The notes below the pieces were generated by a model that was not told where the DNA came from, did no database searches, and worked only from the letters and a program-made list of their open reading frames with translations. Position numbers and translations under genes: made by a program. 64,000 bases of DNA, from assembly GCA_050260475.1 (NCBI GenBank), contig JBLNCG010000055.1, positions 12,135-76,134 of the forward strand, read 5' to 3'. The stretch is from Bacillota bacterium (lineage in GTDB: Bacteria > Bacillota > UBA4882 > JBLNCG01). The stretch's first letter is position 1. Every line of letters begins with the position of its first letter. Shown here piece after piece: positions 30,264 through 39,739 of the stretch.

Positions 30264-31270
30264 CTTGTTCTCCCTTTTCCCGCCGCTTTTTGCAGCCTGT
30301 TCATGATTGCCAGCCCGATGCCTTCCGGGGGGATCCCTTCCACAAGAATGATGTCCACGCCCCGGGAGTCCATTTCCCTTAAATAGGCGAACAGCCTTCT
30401 TGCCGCAGTTTCCGGGCGGGCCTTGCTCCCCAGCTTTTTTACGATGTCCGCCGCGCAATCGGTTTCATCATATACCAGAGCCCCCACCTTTTTGCCCTTC
30501 GCCATCCACTTGGCGGCTTCCCGGGCTAAAATCCCGGCCGTATCCTCCTGCGATTCGATCACTATCAGGTCAGCATCGGGAGCGTAGTGGCGATATTTCA
30601 TGCCCGGAGCCTTCGGAAACCGGTCCGGGCGATGTCCTCCCATCCCGACTGGCCCGCAAACCGCCTCCAGTTCCTCGCGGCTGATTCCGCCCGGTCTTAA
30701 AACAACCGGAACGGTCCCGGAAAGATCCACCACCGTGGATTCCAATCCTATCCTGCACCGCCCTCCGTCGATGATATAATCCACCTTTTCTTCCAGGTCC
30801 TCTACCACATGAGCCAGACAGGTCGGACTGGGCTTACCGGAAAGATTGGCGCTGGGCGCAGCCACCGGAATCCCGGAATCCCCCAGGATTTTTAAAGCCG
30901 CCGGATGGGACGGGATCCGGAGCGCCACTGTAGAGAGCCCGCCCGTCACAGTCTTGTCGACTGCGGGAGAAGCTTTCAAGATAATAGTCAGTGGCCCGGG
31001 CCAGAACCGCTCTGCAAGCTTAGCGGCGCACTCGGGGAAACCGCTGACAAGGGGGATCAGTATATCCAACGCGGCGCCGTGCACTATTAAAGGGTTGTCC
31101 GCAGGCCGTCCTTTCGCCAGGAAAATTCTCCCGACCGCTTCCGGGAGCAATGCGTTGGCTCCCAGTCCATATACCGTCTCAGTGGGAAATACGACCAGCT
31201 TGCCGTGCCGCAGGCCTTGCACGGCTTCATCCCAATAGGGGCTGTCGGTACCGTTTAAAATGACCGCCAT
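30260..31270 (-). CDS. sua5: Threonylcarbamoyl-AMP synthase (Sua5/TsaC2)
   Basis: FPTETVYGLGA, KGRPADNPLIVH, AAPSANLS, PGMKYRHYAP and AIMNRL.KAA motifs. Confidence 0.95.
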   Translation of the reverse strand: MAVILNGTDSPYWDEAVQGLRHGKLVVFPTETVYGLGANALLPEAVGRIFLAKGRPADNPLIVHGAALDILIPLVSGFPECAAKLAERFWPGPLTIILKASPAVDKTVTGGLSTVALRIPSHPAALKILGDSGIPVAAPSANLSGKPSPTCLAHVVEDLEEKVDYIIDGGRCRIGLESTVVDLSGTVPVVLRPGGISREELEAVCGPVGMGGHRPDRFPKAPGMKYRHYAPDADLIVIESQEDTAGILAREAAKWMAKGKKVGALVYDETDCAADIVKKLGSKARPETAARRLFAYLREMDSRGVDIILVEGIPPEGIGLAIMNRLQKAAGKGRTR

Positions 31271-31424
31271 CTCCGCCGCCTTTTTCCGTGATCAGTTACC
31301 AGTAATCGGGGTTATATTCGCCTTTATTAAGTTGAACTCCTTTTTCTGCGGTTTTAAAATAATCAAAGCGTATGACAAATTAGACGCCATCCGCGGCGGG
31401 TTATTCATTCCTATCGTCAAGCCC

Positions 31425-32402
31425 TTATCCGTTAATACAGGATTTGACTCCGTCGGACAACTGGAAAAGACAATCCCTTAATACGCTGCCGCTCTTCTCC
31501 ATAAGGCACGGCAGTACTGCCCCCGCCCGGTCCAGATACGATATAACCTTCAGGCAGGTATACTCCAGGGCCCCGTGCTTTTTAAGGAACAGCGCGAATT
31601 CATCCATTTCTGCGGGGGACAATCGTCTGCCCCACCATTTATTTATCCCCTCCATCCCGAGCTTGCGCAGAATATAAATGACCGGTAAAGTTGAAATGCC
31701 CCTGGAATAATCATTCCCCCTGGGCTTCCCCAAAATCTCGGGACTGCCGCAGATGTCCATAAGGTCATCATGGATTTGATACGCGGTCCCAAAAAGTTCG
31801 CCGAATTTTTCCGCCCTTTCAGCGTTGGCCCGGGAAAAAGCGGCGCAAAAAGCCCCGATCCTGGCTGACAGGGCGAAAAGGCTTCCCGTTTTCTTTCTGC
31901 ATCTTTCAAGGTAAACATGCTCTGTGATGCCCGGTTCCCACCGGTATATTTCCTGTTCCAGTTCAGCCTGGCTCATTTGCATAATGACTCTGTTGGCGGC
32001 GGCCCAAACCTCCGCATCACCGGTCCGGATAAACAAGTCATAACTCTTTGCGAAAAGCAAATCCCCGGTAAGCACGGCGCATCCGCACCCCCATTCCGCC
32101 GGAAGCGAGGCTTTTCCCCTCCGCAGGAGCGAATCATCGACAATGTCGTCGTGAACGAGCGTGGCCAGATGCAGTAATTCTACAGCCACTGCAAGATCCA
32201 ACGCCCTGCGGTCCGCATACCCCTTGCCCGACTCCGCCAGGGACAAAAGCAACTTGGGGCGCCATAATTTACCCCGGTCCGCCGAAATTCTTTCCCAGAT
32301 CGGTGACAACGTCCCGCAAGCGGCGTATAGAAAGGCCCGCAAACGGGAATAGAACTGTTTTCTTGTAAATGTGTTGCTTAATCTTTCTTTTTCTTCCTGC
32401 AA
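31425..32402 (-). CDS. Polyprenyl diphosphate synthase (HepT-like)
   Basis: GKLWRP, LVHDDIVDDS.LRRG, KKTGSLF and QIHDDLMD motifs. Confidence 0.88.
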   Translation of the reverse strand: MQEEKERLSNTFTRKQFYSRLRAFLYAACGTLSPIWERISADRGKLWRPKLLLSLAESGKGYADRRALDLAVAVELLHLATLVHDDIVDDSLLRRGKASLPAEWGCGCAVLTGDLLFAKSYDLFIRTGDAEVWAAANRVIMQMSQAELEQEIYRWEPGITEHVYLERCRKKTGSLFALSARIGAFCAAFSRANAERAEKFGELFGTAYQIHDDLMDICGSPEILGKPRGNDYSRGISTLPVIYILRKLGMEGINKWWGRRLSPAEMDEFALFLKKHGALEYTCLKVISYLDRAGAVLPCLMEKSGSVLRDCLFQLSDGVKSCING

Positions 32403-32535
32403 TGCCCCATCCTTCCTGTCTGTCTTATCGTTTTACCGCAGGACGTTTTCAGTTGCAGTTGGTTTTTTATGCAATGCGGCCGGTTTTATTGTCTCTTCCA
32501 AAATCATTATATATACATAAAAATTCCCATTTTAA

Positions 32536-32562
32536 CAAGGAATTATCTAATTTATGCAGAAT
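32536..32562 (+). promoter_or_regulatory. SigH-type promoter upstream of the Spo0A-like gene
   Basis: CAAGGAATT...GCAGAAT with AGGA-N17-GAAT spacing. Confidence 0.65.
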
Positions 32563-32595
32563 ATTGACGTAATAGTTTCGGATAAGGAAGGAACC

Positions 32596-33399
32596 ATGGC
32601 GGAAAATATCAAAGTAGGGCTGGCGGATAACAATAAGGATCTTTGCATCTCATTAAGCGAACACATAACGATGCAGGAGGATATGGAACTGGCGGGAGTG
32701 GCCTACCACGGAGTAGCGGCGCTTGAAATGGTGTCGTCTTATGACCTGGATGTGCTTCTGCTTGATATCACCATGCCTTATCTGGACGGCATCGGGGTGC
32801 TCGAAAAAATGAACCAGATGAATCTTTCAAAAAGGCCGAAGGTGATTGTAATCACCGCCATTGAACAGGAAAATATGGTAAAAAAACTCTTCGGCCTTGG
32901 CGTGGATTACTACCTGATCAAGCCCTTTTCCATCGAAACCCTGCTGGAAAGAATACGCCAATTCGGGCCCTCCATGCAAACCACGGCGCCCGCATCCGGC
33001 CCATCAAGCCAGACGGCGTCTTCCGACAAGACGGAGTTCGACCTTGATATGTCCATTGCGCGGATCTTTCATGAAATGGGGATCCCCGTGAATTTGAGAG
33101 GCTATGCGTACTTGCGGGAAGCCGTCCACCAGATGCTGGAGAACGATCAGACAAATTGGAGCGTCACCAAGCTTCTTTACCCCCAGATCGCGCAAAAATT
33201 CCACTGCACGCCCAGCGGAGTGGAATCGGCGATCCGTTATATCCTGGATATGGTATGGGAAAGAGGAAATGTGGAGTATCTTTCCAGCTTCTTCAGGTTT
33301 CCCAAAAGCGGCGCCCGAAAACAGCCCACCACCTCCCAGTTCCTTTCCAGAATTGTGGAGCATCTACGGATGTCCCATTCTTTGGCTCAGAATATTTAG
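32596..33399 (+). CDS. Spo0A-like response regulator (divergent paralog)
   Basis: Receiver domain (ADNN, LLDITMPYLDG, KPF) plus Spo0A_C domain (G.P..L.GY.YLREA, VTKLLYP.IA, VE.AIR, PT.SQF); start at ATG 32596. Confidence 0.85.
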   Translation: MAENIKVGLADNNKDLCISLSEHITMQEDMELAGVAYHGVAALEMVSSYDLDVLLLDITMPYLDGIGVLEKMNQMNLSKRPKVIVITAIEQENMVKKLFGLGVDYYLIKPFSIETLLERIRQFGPSMQTTAPASGPSSQTASSDKTEFDLDMSIARIFHEMGIPVNLRGYAYLREAVHQMLENDQTNWSVTKLLYPQIAQKFHCTPSGVESAIRYILDMVWERGNVEYLSSFFRFPKSGARKQPTTSQFLSRIVEHLRMSHSLAQNI

Positions 33400-33453
33400 C
33401 TTATTGCGTAGCGATCAAGGGAATCAAGGGAACTAAACGATCGCCTTTTCTTG

Positions 33454-33819
33454 TCACCCCTCCGCATAGGAAACCCATGCATCCGGCGATTCATAAACCG
33501 TGACCCGTCCTAATCGGGCGCCGGCTATTTTTTCTTTCAGCCGGGTATGGATATAAAGAGCGATATTTTCGGAAGAGGGATTCTGCGCTAAAAATGGTTC
33601 CCTCTCGTTTAAAAGGCAGTGATCGAGCATGGATAAACAATCCCTCAGACTTTCCCTTAGCAGACGGAAGTCGTAAGCCAAGCCCGTTTCATCGATGCAA
33701 CCGGTCCTGACGGAGACCTCCACTTTCCAGCGGTGGCCGTGCAAAGCTTCACATTTGCCTTTATAACCTCTAAGAAAATGCGCCGCATCAAAATGATCCG
33801 ATACGCTCACTTCATACAT
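33454..33819 (-). CDS. queD: 6-pyruvoyl/6-carboxy-tetrahydropterin synthase family (QueD; PTPS-I/III motif)
   Basis: FDAAHFL, CEALHGH, LDH.LLNE, NPSSENIA and VYESP motifs; start at ATG 33819. Confidence 0.9.
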   Translation of the reverse strand: MYEVSVSDHFDAAHFLRGYKGKCEALHGHRWKVEVSVRTGCIDETGLAYDFRLLRESLRDCLSMLDHCLLNEREPFLAQNPSSENIALYIHTRLKEKIAGARLGRVTVYESPDAWVSYAEG

Positions 33820-34339
33820 CCCGATCCCCCCATAATCTGGAATTATTTGCCTGATAAGTGATTTTTTCAATTTTTTCCAGATGGTCCCTTCTGGCCATCC
33901 ATATCTCCCGCATGGACGCGTCCAGCAACGGATGCCTGAAATCAGGCGCAATTTCGGACATCGGCCAAAGCACAAATCCCCTGTCGCCAAGGCGCGGATG
34001 GGGAATGGTGATTCTGTGGGCCCAAAAAAGCCAATGGCCGTAAAACAGGATATCCACATCGATGGTCCTCGGACCGTTATCAAAAGGCTTTTTTCTTCCC
34101 AGGATCCTTTCCACTTCCTGAACTGAATCCAGCAGTTTCAAGGGTGGCAGGGATGTGGCCATACGGCACGCGGCGTTGTAAAACCACGGCTGAGCGCTGT
34201 ATCCCACCGGTTCGCTGTGATACATGGAAGATACGGCGCGGATCTCTCCGTATCCGGCAAGCAGCCGGAGCGCTTCCTGGATATTCTCCGCCTTTTCCCC
34301 CAGATTGCTTCCAAGCCCGAGATATACATGTTCCTCCAC
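33812..34339 (-). CDS. folK: 2-amino-4-hydroxy-6-hydroxymethyldihydropteridine diphosphokinase
   Basis: YLGLGSNLG, GPRTIDVDIL and IPHPR...RGFVL.P motifs. Confidence 0.95.
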   Translation of the reverse strand: MEEHVYLGLGSNLGEKAENIQEALRLLAGYGEIRAVSSMYHSEPVGYSAQPWFYNAACRMATSLPPLKLLDSVQEVERILGRKKPFDNGPRTIDVDILFYGHWLFWAHRITIPHPRLGDRGFVLWPMSEIAPDFRHPLLDASMREIWMARRDHLEKIEKITYQANNSRLWGDRDV

Positions 34340-34342
34340 GGT

Positions 34343-35554
34343 TCACCACCCCCTTGCGACAGCGTCCGTCATCCGCGCCACTCTGGCCATGGCTTTCACA
34401 TCATGCACCCTTATTATGTCCGCCCCGTTCATGATAGCCATGCATACCGTGGCTGCGGTTCCCTCCAGGCGCTCTTCCACAGGCAGATCCAGAGTAAGCC
34501 CCACTACGGATTTCCGGGAGGTTCCCACCAGGATCGGACAGCCGAGAATTCTTAATTCCCTGAGGCGCTTTATAATCTCCAGATTATGTTCCCTTGTTTT
34601 CCCGAAACCGATGCCCGGATCCATAATCAAACGGCCCGGATCGACGCCCTTATTCAATGCAGCCTCCAGACGGGCGCGCAAATCTCCGATAATTTCCCCC
34701 AGCAGGTCCTGGTACTCCCTGTGATCCCTGTTATGCATGATTATGTATGGCGTTCCGGCCTCCAGGGCTACGTCCAGGATTTCCGGATCCATCATCCCGC
34801 CCCAGATGTCGTTGATAATGTCCGCTCCCGCCAAGACGGCTTCTTTGGCTACCTTTGACTTGTATGTATCGATGGAAATCGGAAGGGGGGAGTTTTGCGC
34901 CAGCGCCTTAATCACCGGGACCACTCTTTTAAGCTCCGTGTCCGCATCCACCGCTTGCGCCCCGGGGCGCGTCGACTCCCCGCCCACATCCAGGATGTCC
35001 GCGCCTTCCTTGAGGAAAACATCCGCTTGCTCCAGCGCTTTTCTGATCGCTTCCCCCGGGCCGCCTTCTTCCCGCCAAAGGCCGTCTCTGGAAAAAGAAT
35101 CCGGTGTAATATTGATGATGCCCATGATATATGTACGTTTACCCCAGTTAAAATCCCTGCCCTTTACAGTGATCTTTTCAAGCGTAAAATTACCGGTAAG
35201 AAGCTCGTAAAGGGAATCAGCCACATGCGCCAGCCTGAAAGGCTGTTCGAACAACCTGGGCAGGGCGGCAAAGATCTGCGCTTTGGTGGCGATAATAATG
35301 CATGATCCGAACTCATTCGCTGCTCCAGTACACGCTTCCTTTGGCACCGCCACATCCCCGCCCTTGGCGAGCACTTCCTGCTTCAAGATATTGGCGCCCG
35401 GAAGCGGCAGGTTATCCAACCTGACCCAAAGAAATTCCCCTTTTTCCCGGAGAATCTCCCGGCCCCTCTGGTCCACGCCTGTTTTTCTCATTTCCGCATC
35501 CAGCAGAGAGATTTCCCGGGGGTGAAGAAATCTTATATTGAACTCTCTATACAT
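34343..35554 (-). CDS. folP: Dihydropteroate synthase with N-terminal extension
   Basis: MGIINITPDSFS, DVGGESTRPG, DPGIGFGK, GTSRKS and RVHDV motifs; start at ATG 35554. Confidence 0.95.
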   Translation of the reverse strand: MYREFNIRFLHPREISLLDAEMRKTGVDQRGREILREKGEFLWVRLDNLPLPGANILKQEVLAKGGDVAVPKEACTGAANEFGSCIIIATKAQIFAALPRLFEQPFRLAHVADSLYELLTGNFTLEKITVKGRDFNWGKRTYIMGIINITPDSFSRDGLWREEGGPGEAIRKALEQADVFLKEGADILDVGGESTRPGAQAVDADTELKRVVPVIKALAQNSPLPISIDTYKSKVAKEAVLAGADIINDIWGGMMDPEILDVALEAGTPYIIMHNRDHREYQDLLGEIIGDLRARLEAALNKGVDPGRLIMDPGIGFGKTREHNLEIIKRLRELRILGCPILVGTSRKSVVGLTLDLPVEERLEGTAATVCMAIMNGADIIRVHDVKAMARVARMTDAVARGW

Positions 35555-35588
35555 TGGTCCTCCTTCGATATGCCAACGATTATCACCG

Positions 35589-36098
35589 TTATTTTTTTCC
35601 CAAATCAATCCTCTTGCGCATCAGCCCAGCTATCATCCCCACCAGTATTCCCGGAAAAATGGACAGCGCCGCTGCCGCCGGAATCAAAGACATCAGTTCT
35701 CTGTACCGCCAAAACTCCGACAGCATCAATAGCTGTATCGTATTATAAGCGGCGGCGCCCGCAATGCCCAATCCGATTTCGCTGAAAAAGGGCTTAAAAA
35801 AATCCCGCAGAAAAGCCATTGTTAGAACGCTGGCCATCGATCCGGCCAGGGATAAATAAAAAACCGGCCCCAGAAACGCTCCGGAACCCGCAGAGCCGAT
35901 TACCACACGAAGCAGGGCGAATACAAAAGCTTCTACAGTGCCGTAGATGAGCAATACCAACAAGGTGAAACTATTTGCAAACCCGATGCGAAAACCGGGC
36001 AAAAACGGCAGGGGGATGAAAAGATTTTCCAGCCAATGCGCAGCCAGGGCCAGACTTAAAAAAAGGGAGAAGAGGGAAATCTTTTTGATCTCCTTCAT
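35589..36098 (-). CDS. Gx transporter / heptaprenyl diphosphate synthase component I-like membrane protein
   Basis: LE..IP.P..PG.RIG.AN, LLRV and SLAG motifs. Confidence 0.75.
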   Translation of the reverse strand: MKEIKKISLFSLFLSLALAAHWLENLFIPLPFLPGFRIGFANSFTLLVLLIYGTVEAFVFALLRVVIGSAGSGAFLGPVFYLSLAGSMASVLTMAFLRDFFKPFFSEIGLGIAGAAAYNTIQLLMLSEFWRYRELMSLIPAAAALSIFPGILVGMIAGLMRKRIDLGKK

Positions 36099-36101
36099 GA
36101 G

Positions 36102-36740
36102 CTATCCATAATAGGCCAGACTTTGCAGCTCAGCCGCAAGATCCATATGATGCACCCTGACAAAGGGCGGAGTTTTCAGCCGCACCGGCGCGAAATTCAA
36201 TATTCCCTTAACGCCGGCTCCCGCACAGAGATCGGCGATTTTTTGCGCTTCCTGCGCCGGTACAGTCACGATAGCCAGGGCGATGCCGCTCCGTTTGATG
36301 ACATCGGGCATCCCGTCCACATGCTCAATGATGTGGCTGGCGATTTTTTTCCCGACTTTCTTTGGATCATTATCAAAGATCGCGGAGATCTTCAGCCGGT
36401 AATCGGGATCCGCCTGCTCCCTTTGAAGATTATACCTGGTTAAAGCAAGGCCAAGACTGCCGGCGCCGACCAAGGCGATCCTTTTTTCCTGATCCAGCTT
36501 CAGGATTTTCCTTATCTCATGCAGTAAAACTCCGGATTGATACCCCACTCCCTGCCTTCCGAAAAGGCCGAAGTAGGACAGATCTTTACGGAGCTGCCCG
36601 GAGTTAATCCCCGCGCGCTGCGCCAATACCTGAGATGAGATAATCGGTTCGTTTTCCGCATCGATTTCCGCCAATACCTGCAAATATACAGGCAATCTTT
36701 TGATGACTACGCCCGGTACTTCCTGTCTTCGCATCCCCAC
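36102..36740 (-). CDS. rex: Redox-sensing transcriptional repressor Rex
   Basis: IKRLPVY, QLRKDLSYFG.FG.QGVGY, VGAG.LG.AL and GILNFAP motifs. Confidence 0.95.
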   Translation of the reverse strand: MGMRRQEVPGVVIKRLPVYLQVLAEIDAENEPIISSQVLAQRAGINSGQLRKDLSYFGLFGRQGVGYQSGVLLHEIRKILKLDQEKRIALVGAGSLGLALTRYNLQREQADPDYRLKISAIFDNDPKKVGKKIASHIIEHVDGMPDVIKRSGIALAIVTVPAQEAQKIADLCAGAGVKGILNFAPVRLKTPPFVRVHHMDLAAELQSLAYYG

Positions 36741-36776
36741 TCCCCCGGTTGCCGCTTTATCCCGCCGTCATGCGCA

Positions 36777-37412
36777 TCACAGATGGTAATAAATTAAAAC
36801 CCTTGTGCCGAAAGTAATCTTGCCGTTGATTTCGGTCTTTCTTTCCTCCTTAATTATGCCGACGCCTGAGGACAGGTACAGGATAGAATCTATTTTGGCC
36901 CCGTCAGAGGTGTCGTATACCATGAAAAGCCTTACTGCCTCGAAAGATCCGGCCGGCACGGTGATTTTGCCCGCATCACGGTATTCGCAAAGAAGGTCGT
37001 AAGTATATTGTACTCCATAATCCGGATCCGATATCATTCCTTGCTGCGTCCATCTCTTCCTGTGCTTCACCGGATACTTTAGAAAAACCCGGCGGGGTTC
37101 ATACCGAAATTTATACATCTGCTGCTGCGCCATGACATATAAAACACCGTTCCGGCACAGGCTGTAATATTCCCTGCGCACGGGTATGCCGTTCAGTCTT
37201 ATTTCCACATGATATAATTTTTCACCTTTTTCCTCCAAGACATCCGTAATAGTATATTCCATATTCTTTGTAGCGCCGGCTTCCTCGAGGTTATAAATCC
37301 ATGTCCCCCCGGCTTTCAATGGGAAATAATCCTGGTTTTCCCCTCCGGCGCTGCAGATTATGCCGATCAGGATCAGGCCCATCAAGGAAATAAACCGCCA
37401 TACCATCTTCAT
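36777..37412 (-). CDS. Exported hypothetical protein (TapB/DUF3108-like)
   Basis: Signal-peptide-like N-terminus; YFPLK.G..W.Y, ITVPAGSF and GVGIIK motifs. Confidence 0.65.
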   Translation of the reverse strand: MKMVWRFISLMGLILIGIICSAGGENQDYFPLKAGGTWIYNLEEAGATKNMEYTITDVLEEKGEKLYHVEIRLNGIPVRREYYSLCRNGVLYVMAQQQMYKFRYEPRRVFLKYPVKHRKRWTQQGMISDPDYGVQYTYDLLCEYRDAGKITVPAGSFEAVRLFMVYDTSDGAKIDSILYLSSGVGIIKEERKTEINGKITFGTRVLIYYHL

Positions 37413-37664
37413 ATTTTTCCCCTTGTTCCGGTTGTGATTAAATTCCTCAACTTACATCGACATTTTTTATTGCTCCTTATATTTTTAACCAATTTACCCG
37501 ATTTGTCAATTATTCTGCCGCTAAGTCCCCATGCCGGGCAGGGAAATATGGATTCGGACTAAAATAATCTCTGTCATTAGTTTTGAATAACGCATTTATC
37601 GCATAAAATGTCTTTAAGTTGACGCGGAAACATATTCATAACGGTTCCACGCAGGAGGACTTGC

Positions 37665-38432
37665 ATGAAACCGCCTATTGATAAGGAAAAAAAGCCCTTT
37701 CTCCGGCCTTTGCTTTTTTATATCCTCATTTTTGAAGCGGCCGCCGCTTTTTCCGGTTTTGTATGCTTAAAATTCCCGCCCCGCGATCCATACCCCTGCC
37801 AGAGCAATATTCCAGGCAAAACCGACCTGATCTGGTCCGGGCTGACCTCCCGAAAACTGGCCGCCTTGACTTTCGACGACGGCCCCGATCCCAGGTTCAC
37901 GCCGGAAATTTTACAGATTCTGCATAAGTATAAAGTCAAAGCCACTTTTTTCGTTGTCGGCCGGATGGCCTTGCTTTATCCGGGACTTGTCAAACGGGAA
38001 TTAAAAGAAGGGCACGAAATAGGTAACCATACATTCGACCACCTTTATCTTCGCACGCAATCCCCCCAAACAGTGGAAAGGGAGATCCTGAAAACCGAAC
38101 TGATCCTGCATAACCTGACCGACCGCGCTTCACCGTGGTTCAGACCTCCCAAGGGGCAGGTCACCCATACCATCGCTCTTGAAACAGCCCGGTTCCGTAA
38201 AACCATGATTCTATGGAGCTATTGTATTGAACACCGCGAGGCCGCCGAATCCCGTAGTATGGTGCAAAAAGCAGCGAAAGCGGCCTTTCCCGGTATAATC
38301 ATCCTGGCCCACGACGGCCTGGGAGATCGCAAAGAAACGGTTGAAGCCCTCCCGGGCGTGATCATGGCTTACAAAAAAATGGGGTACCGGTTCGTAACAA
38401 TTTCCGCTATGCTTAAAGCATCCGAAATATAA
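37665..38432 (+). CDS. Polysaccharide deacetylase (NodB/CE4) with N-terminal TM
   Basis: ALTFDDGP, ATFFVVG, HEIGNHTFDH, FRPP and IIL.HDG motifs. Confidence 0.9.
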   Translation: MKPPIDKEKKPFLRPLLFYILIFEAAAAFSGFVCLKFPPRDPYPCQSNIPGKTDLIWSGLTSRKLAALTFDDGPDPRFTPEILQILHKYKVKATFFVVGRMALLYPGLVKRELKEGHEIGNHTFDHLYLRTQSPQTVEREILKTELILHNLTDRASPWFRPPKGQVTHTIALETARFRKTMILWSYCIEHREAAESRSMVQKAAKAAFPGIIILAHDGLGDRKETVEALPGVIMAYKKMGYRFVTISAMLKASEI

Positions 38433-38504
38433 CGTATGGCCACCATTAGGCCATCGATATTTAGCGGCAAGACGCAAAATCATCATAACAAACGCAAATT
38501 GCTC
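38425..38504 (+). mobile_element. Palindromic MITE-like element, copy 6 (right half only)
   Basis: Central loop through to the GCAAATTGCTC terminus; overlaps the deacetylase stop codon. Confidence 0.8.
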
Positions 38505-38569
38505 AATAAAAAACCCGCTGTTTTAGGCGGGTACACGTCCAATCGGAAACGGCGCAAATAAGGAGCCGG

Positions 38570-38860
38570 TTATCTCCCATCCCCAATCGCCACATCTTCC
38601 TGCTCCTCTTTCTTTTTTCCCCACGGGAAAAATTTTCCGCAGGAATAACAAAAACTGGGCGGGGCTTCCATGGAGAAGGATTCGCCCGCACCGTATTGCA
38701 GACCGCGAATGGGTTTATTGCAATGGGGACATGCTTTAATAGTAGGCGCATCGCAGTGACGGCAAAAAGCGGAACTGGCCTCCGGATTTTTTATGGTTGC
38801 GGGATTGACCAAATGCCCGTTCATGCATATTTGTGCGATATCATACCAATATACCGGCAT
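38570..38860 (-). CDS. DUF2321-like Cys-rich zinc-binding protein
   Basis: YDIAQIC.NGH, FC..C, CP.C..PIRG and P.FC..CG..FPW motifs. Confidence 0.75.
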   Translation of the reverse strand: MPVYWYDIAQICMNGHLVNPATIKNPEASSAFCRHCDAPTIKACPHCNKPIRGLQYGAGESFSMEAPPSFCYSCGKFFPWGKKKEEQEDVAIGDGR

Positions 38861-39145
38861 CTTGAAAGCCTCCTTTTCAGGCGAAATGCGCCGATCACCG
38901 TTTCGAGAAATAACGTCCGGGCGCTTTTAACATTCCGTTGGCGATCCGCATGGGATATGTTTTCTCAACTACCGGTTTTGTATGAATATTTCGCTAAAAA
39001 GTCCGGAATTCCTCTTTATAATCCGCACTTTTTAATAAAATACGCTATATCTAGCGTATAATATCATCACATACTCCTGCATTTAGTGGCGGAACGGCAA
39101 AACTTCTTCAACTTTCAGGTTGCGGAGCTTTATGGGAGGACCATC

Positions 39146-39337
39146 CTAATAATCTTCGTTTGATCTGCCTTGAACTTGGCGGGGGTTAATATGCTGGCGG
39201 GTACGGCATACATCGCATTCTATCATGGACCGGTCCGTTCCGTTTTCGCCGCCGATCAAAATGGTATTCCCGCATATGGAACATTTGACGGAATTTTCCG
39301 CATTATCCGCCGTCTCCGGTTTGCTGATCAAATCCAT
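39146..39337 (-). CDS. Small zinc-ribbon protein (63 aa)
   Basis: RBS GGAGG before ATG 39337; CSIC and CDVC motifs. Confidence 0.6.
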   Translation of the reverse strand: MDLISKPETADNAENSVKCSICGNTILIGGENGTDRSMIECDVCRTRQHINPRQVQGRSNEDY

Positions 39338-39470
39338 ATCTGTTTCCTCCACTTTATAATACTCTTTTCTATTTTCCCCGCTCCCGCATTTAAAATACAA
39401 ATAAACCAAAGAAAGAAATCTATGATATAACATCCATTTCCGGAAATACTGTGAACGGGAGGTGGGATTT

Positions 39471-39677
39471 ACGGACGGTAAAAAGGCGAGGGAAATCATG
39501 AAATCAAACAAGGCGGGCATCGTCAACTGCCAGGGTGCCCCGGTGCGGATCCTGGATGTCAACGACCTTACCGGCATCGCCGAGGTGGAAGACTTCAAGA
39601 CCAACGCCACCATGACCGTGCCGCTGTCGCAATTGACGGAAGGGAATGCCGGAGATGACAAAAGAACCTTTGTATGA
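39471..39677 (+). CDS. sspH: H-type small acid-soluble spore protein (apparent ACG start)
   Basis: xDGKKAREIMKS...V...G.PV.I..V....G.A.V........VPLSQL.E resembles SspH; RBS GGGAGGTG precedes ACG at 39471. Confidence 0.7.
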   Translation, partial: TDGKKAREIMKSNKAGIVNCQGAPVRILDVNDLTGIAEVEDFKTNATMTVPLSQLTEGNAGDDKRTFV

Positions 39678-39739
39678 TCCGACTTTAAAACCGGCTGAAG
39701 CGTATCGCCCATACAAAAAAGGCGGTCACCCGCCCTTGC

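Noticed and set aside
31291-31407. 38-aa minus-strand ORF between hepT-like and sua5
   Set aside because: Weak RBS and no motif; more likely promoter DNA.
39146-39712. 188-aa ORF as a single gene
   Set aside because: The 5' part is antisense to sspH; only the 63-aa 3' part has an RBS and a motif.
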